A program made the translations under genes and the position numbers. From positions 128,001 through 178,304 of IMG/VR virus record IMGVR_UViG_3300024999_000035: a DNA stretch of 50,304 nucleotides. One strand, given 5' to 3'. Positions 47,390-50,304 of the stretch are shown piece by piece. The stretch comes from a virus (Duplodnaviria > Heunggongvirae > Uroviricota > Caudoviricetes). Each line of letters starts with the position of its first letter. The stretch's first letter is position 1. The notes beneath the pieces were generated by a model. It was given only the letters and a program-made list of their open reading frames with translations, had not been told where the DNA came from and did no database searches.

Positions 47390-48496
47390 ATGATAACCAA
47401 GGAATTATTAAACAAGAACAGAGTATTAACAATGTCTAATAACCGCAAATGTGATTATCTTATTGTAGATGTATCTGCTGCCACAGGAAATAATAAAGAT
47501 TCAACAACTATGATGGCAATCAATACACAAGGAAATAGAAAAGATATTCTAATTATAAAAACATTCATAGGAAAATCATTTCCAGAACTTGTAGATGAGG
47601 CATATTGGTTATGCAATGAATTTGGAATACAAATTATTTTAGCAGATAAATCAGGTATGGGGTTAGGATTTATTGAACAATTTGAGATGAATATAAATCC
47701 AAATAATGTTTCTATAAGAGCACTAGATGGAAGAAAGATATATCAAAGCATAGACATCAATGAAATAAAGAAAGATTTGCAATATGGTAATTTGAGATTC
47801 TTACAAGCACCAGAATTAGCTATGGTTAGTTATGTGAAACCATTTTTAGGATTATCAAATATTATGAATTCACATAGAGAGACTAGTGAATTAATTAATG
47901 AGATTAGTAATATTGAGATTAAAATAAATTTAAATGGCACAGTGCAATTATCTCTTATTGATGAAACTATCGGAAAATCTAGAGTTAATTGTTTATTGGC
48001 ATTTTATTCTTATCCTATGAGTGGAGTAGTGGTTGAACTAAATAATTTACAGGATAGCAATGAGAAGAAATATGATGTTGCTAAAAGGAATAATAAATAT
48101 GAAATAATTCACGGTATTTTTTATAAGTATATGTTTAAGTGTATTGAGAATAAGCATATTAAGGTAATATTTTATCACAATGGTAATTATAAAATACAAA
48201 CATTTCAAGATATAGTTGAAGAAGAGCAATTTCGATCTTTATTCTTGAAAGATATAAAGAGTATAACTAAATCGAAAGATCGTTTTGAGATTATTTTTCA
48301 TAATGGAAGTATAATACAATTTATGTATGCTAGTGATAATGCAAGAGGATATAGAAGTCATTATGCTGTTGTAGATAATGAAATTGATAGAGAAACATTT
48401 GATAACGTAATTAGATTTAAGACTATGTTATTTAATGTAGAAAAAAATGATGGTAGAACAGAGAATATTTATAATATTGATTATATTGAGATGTAG
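47390..48496 (+). CDS. Terminase-large-subunit-like protein with permuted domain order
   Basis: N-terminal RNase H-like VDVSA...DST...ILADKSGMGLG; C-terminal IIFHNGSII...SDNARGYRS..AVVDNE (ATPase Walker B region); start re-called after AAGGAG. Confidence 0.6.
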   Translation: MITKELLNKNRVLTMSNNRKCDYLIVDVSAATGNNKDSTTMMAINTQGNRKDILIIKTFIGKSFPELVDEAYWLCNEFGIQIILADKSGMGLGFIEQFEMNINPNNVSIRALDGRKIYQSIDINEIKKDLQYGNLRFLQAPELAMVSYVKPFLGLSNIMNSHRETSELINEISNIEIKINLNGTVQLSLIDETIGKSRVNCLLAFYSYPMSGVVVELNNLQDSNEKKYDVAKRNNKYEIIHGIFYKYMFKCIENKHIKVIFYHNGNYKIQTFQDIVEEEQFRSLFLKDIKSITKSKDRFEIIFHNGSIIQFMYASDNARGYRSHYAVVDNEIDRETFDNVIRFKTMLFNVEKNDGRTENIYNIDYIEM

Positions 48497-48650
48497 ATTA
48501 TAATTAAGAATTTATAAAGTTTTGTGGATTATAGGCGTATTAGCAATAATACGTCTAATTGTCTATGAAAATAATAATTTGTGGGCATAGAAGATAGGTT
48601 TTTGGGATTAGCTATCCCGACTCTGCACCCTATCTTCTATTTACTTTTTA

Positions 48651-49883
48651 GTGGTTAGTGCAGAGGATTATATAATTTGCAGAAAGAAGGTTTTGGAAAT
48701 GGAAGATTTAGAGGTTAAAGCAAAAAAATGTAGTGGTTGTGAAAGGGAATTCCCTGCCACAAAAGATTATTTTAATAGTGATAAATATAACACAGACGGA
48801 TTAACTACTCAATGTAAAGAGTGCAGAAACAAAAAGAAGATGTTTAATTTACCAAAACCTAAAGATGGTTATAAATTTTGCAAGAAATGCAATCGTGAGT
48901 TAGAGGTTGATATTAAATATTTTCCACCTGATAAATTATGTAAAGATGGTTTACGCAATGTCTGTCGTGAGTGTGGTAAAGATGGGCATTTTATGAAAGA
49001 CGAATATATTCCCAAACAATGGTGGTCGGATGAAAAAGAAGAATTGTTTATAAAAGTTTATCCTTATTTTACAAATGAAGAATTAATTGAATTATATTTT
49101 CCAGAAGAAACTAGAAAAGGATTAACTGATAAAGCGTTCAAAATGGGAAAAATAAATAAAACTTACGAAACATCTAGAAGGGCAGATAAACAACAAGGAT
49201 TAAAATTAGCTGGCGATAAAAATTATAATTACGGCAAGCATTTACCTGAAGAAACTAGAAGAAAAATATCTATAGCAAGAAAAGGAAAATATGTAGGTGA
49301 AAATAATCCACTATATGGTGTAAAATGGGACAAAGATGATAAAAGACGAGAATTAATTTCTCTAAGAAAGAAAGGTGTATGGAAGGGAGATAAAAATCCT
49401 AGACATATTAATCCATTAAATGGAGAATTGAATGGTAGATGGGCAGGAGGTATAAAGGAATTATACTATGATTTGCGTGACCATTTACAAGATTGGAAAA
49501 AATCTTCTATGGAGGAATGTAATTATAAGTGTGTTTTAACTCACGGAGAATTTGATAATGTCCACCATCTATACAATTTTAAAAATATTGTATATGAATT
49601 ATTTGAGGAATTAAAATTACCTATGTTAAAGACTATAGGTGAATATTCAGAAGAAGAAAGAGACTTAATTTATAATTTATTACATAATAAGCATAAATAT
49701 TACGGTAATGGAGTTTGTTTATGTAAATCACTCCATAAACTTTATCACGATACATACAATTATTCAAATAATAATAAAGAACAATTTGAGGAATTTTGCA
49801 TTAGGTATAGAAATTTTGAGTTTGATGACTTATTAGAAGAAAAATATAAATATTGTAATATAAAATTAAAGGAAGTTGGTTAA
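48651..49883 (+). CDS. Putative HNH homing endonuclease with CxxC repeats and NUMOD3
   Basis: KKCSGC / CKEC repeats, GKHLPEETRRKIS, VHHL...NGVCLCKSLHKLYH; ATG 48699 is a likely start. Confidence 0.8.
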   Translation: MVSAEDYIICRKKVLEMEDLEVKAKKCSGCEREFPATKDYFNSDKYNTDGLTTQCKECRNKKKMFNLPKPKDGYKFCKKCNRELEVDIKYFPPDKLCKDGLRNVCRECGKDGHFMKDEYIPKQWWSDEKEELFIKVYPYFTNEELIELYFPEETRKGLTDKAFKMGKINKTYETSRRADKQQGLKLAGDKNYNYGKHLPEETRRKISIARKGKYVGENNPLYGVKWDKDDKRRELISLRKKGVWKGDKNPRHINPLNGELNGRWAGGIKELYYDLRDHLQDWKKSSMEECNYKCVLTHGEFDNVHHLYNFKNIVYELFEELKLPMLKTIGEYSEEERDLIYNLLHNKHKYYGNGVCLCKSLHKLYHDTYNYSNNNKEQFEEFCIRYRNFEFDDLLEEKYKYCNIKLKEVG

Positions 49884-49922
49884 ATATTGACTTCTTTTTT
49901 GTTAATTAAAGGAGAAGTGTTT

Positions 49923-50304
49923 ATGGCAGGTAGACCAAAAAGTTTAACAAAAACTCCACCAAAACCAAGAAAAATTCTAAAAGATTATTCTTGTCAGAAT
50001 TGTGGTAATTTAAAAAAAGAGACAGAGTATTATGCTAGTTATAATCCAATTCATAAAATGGGTAAGATATTATACTGCAAAGATTGTATTAAAGATATGA
50101 TTAGTGATGATCAAGGAAACGTTATTTTAGATAAGGTAAAAGAAACATTGCGGTTAATGGATAAACCATTTTTATACAATATTTGGAAAACCTCTCTTGA
50201 AGAAGGAGGAGAGGTGATGGGTGTTTTTATGAAAAACATACAAATGCCTCAATATCGTAAATTAGGTTGGGCAGACTCTAAAATATTACCAGAAATTGAA
50301 CAAC
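49923..50304 (+). CDS. YonG-like protein (possible terminase small subunit), truncated by window end
   Basis: Read by hand: MAGRPK...CQNCG...YYASY...CKDC...LRLMDKPF..W; AAAGGAG SD. Confidence 0.65.
   Translation, partial: MAGRPKSLTKTPPKPRKILKDYSCQNCGNLKKETEYYASYNPIHKMGKILYCKDCIKDMISDDQGNVILDKVKETLRLMDKPFLYNIWKTSLEEGGEVMGVFMKNIQMPQYRKLGWADSKILPEIEQ

Noticed and set aside
263-48229. Short antisense or nested ORFs in the track (e.g. 263..448, 13375..14160, 23478..24479, 34889..35482, 45689..46482, 48047..48229)
   Set aside because: Shadow frames of longer genes that have clear motifs and SDs.

Overview
AT-rich segment of a large SPbeta-like (YonO-encoding) Firmicutes/Clostridia phage or prophage. 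Genes left of ~17.6 kb are all on the minus strand: small early/accessory genes, DUF3560, HNH-AP2, DUF262 and an SF2-helicase-like Rep module. Genes right of it are all on the plus strand: an interrupted PAPS-reductase-family gene, Rep-like HTH genes, UvrD-like helicase, several free-standing homing endonucleases, YonO-type single-subunit RNA polymerase, PIN-PhoH, HU, YonK-like, AEP primase-like, metallophosphoesterase, ClpP-like, a permuted terminase-like protein and a truncated YonG-like gene. The most striking signals are non-coding. (1) The 0-8.1 kb leftward operon is punctuated at most gene junctions by RNA structures: a twister ribozyme, a hammerhead ribozyme and long SD-sequestering hairpins, nearly all showing an AUAACA motif in an apical loop. 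(2) At 6.45-7.93 kb, back-to-back long inverted repeats enclose whole genes as loops. (3) A coiled-coil protein gene (40659-41339) is followed by a ~420-nt closed RNA with a loop of short UCGCUAA-like repeats. All family assignments come from motif recognition by eye; no database searches were run.
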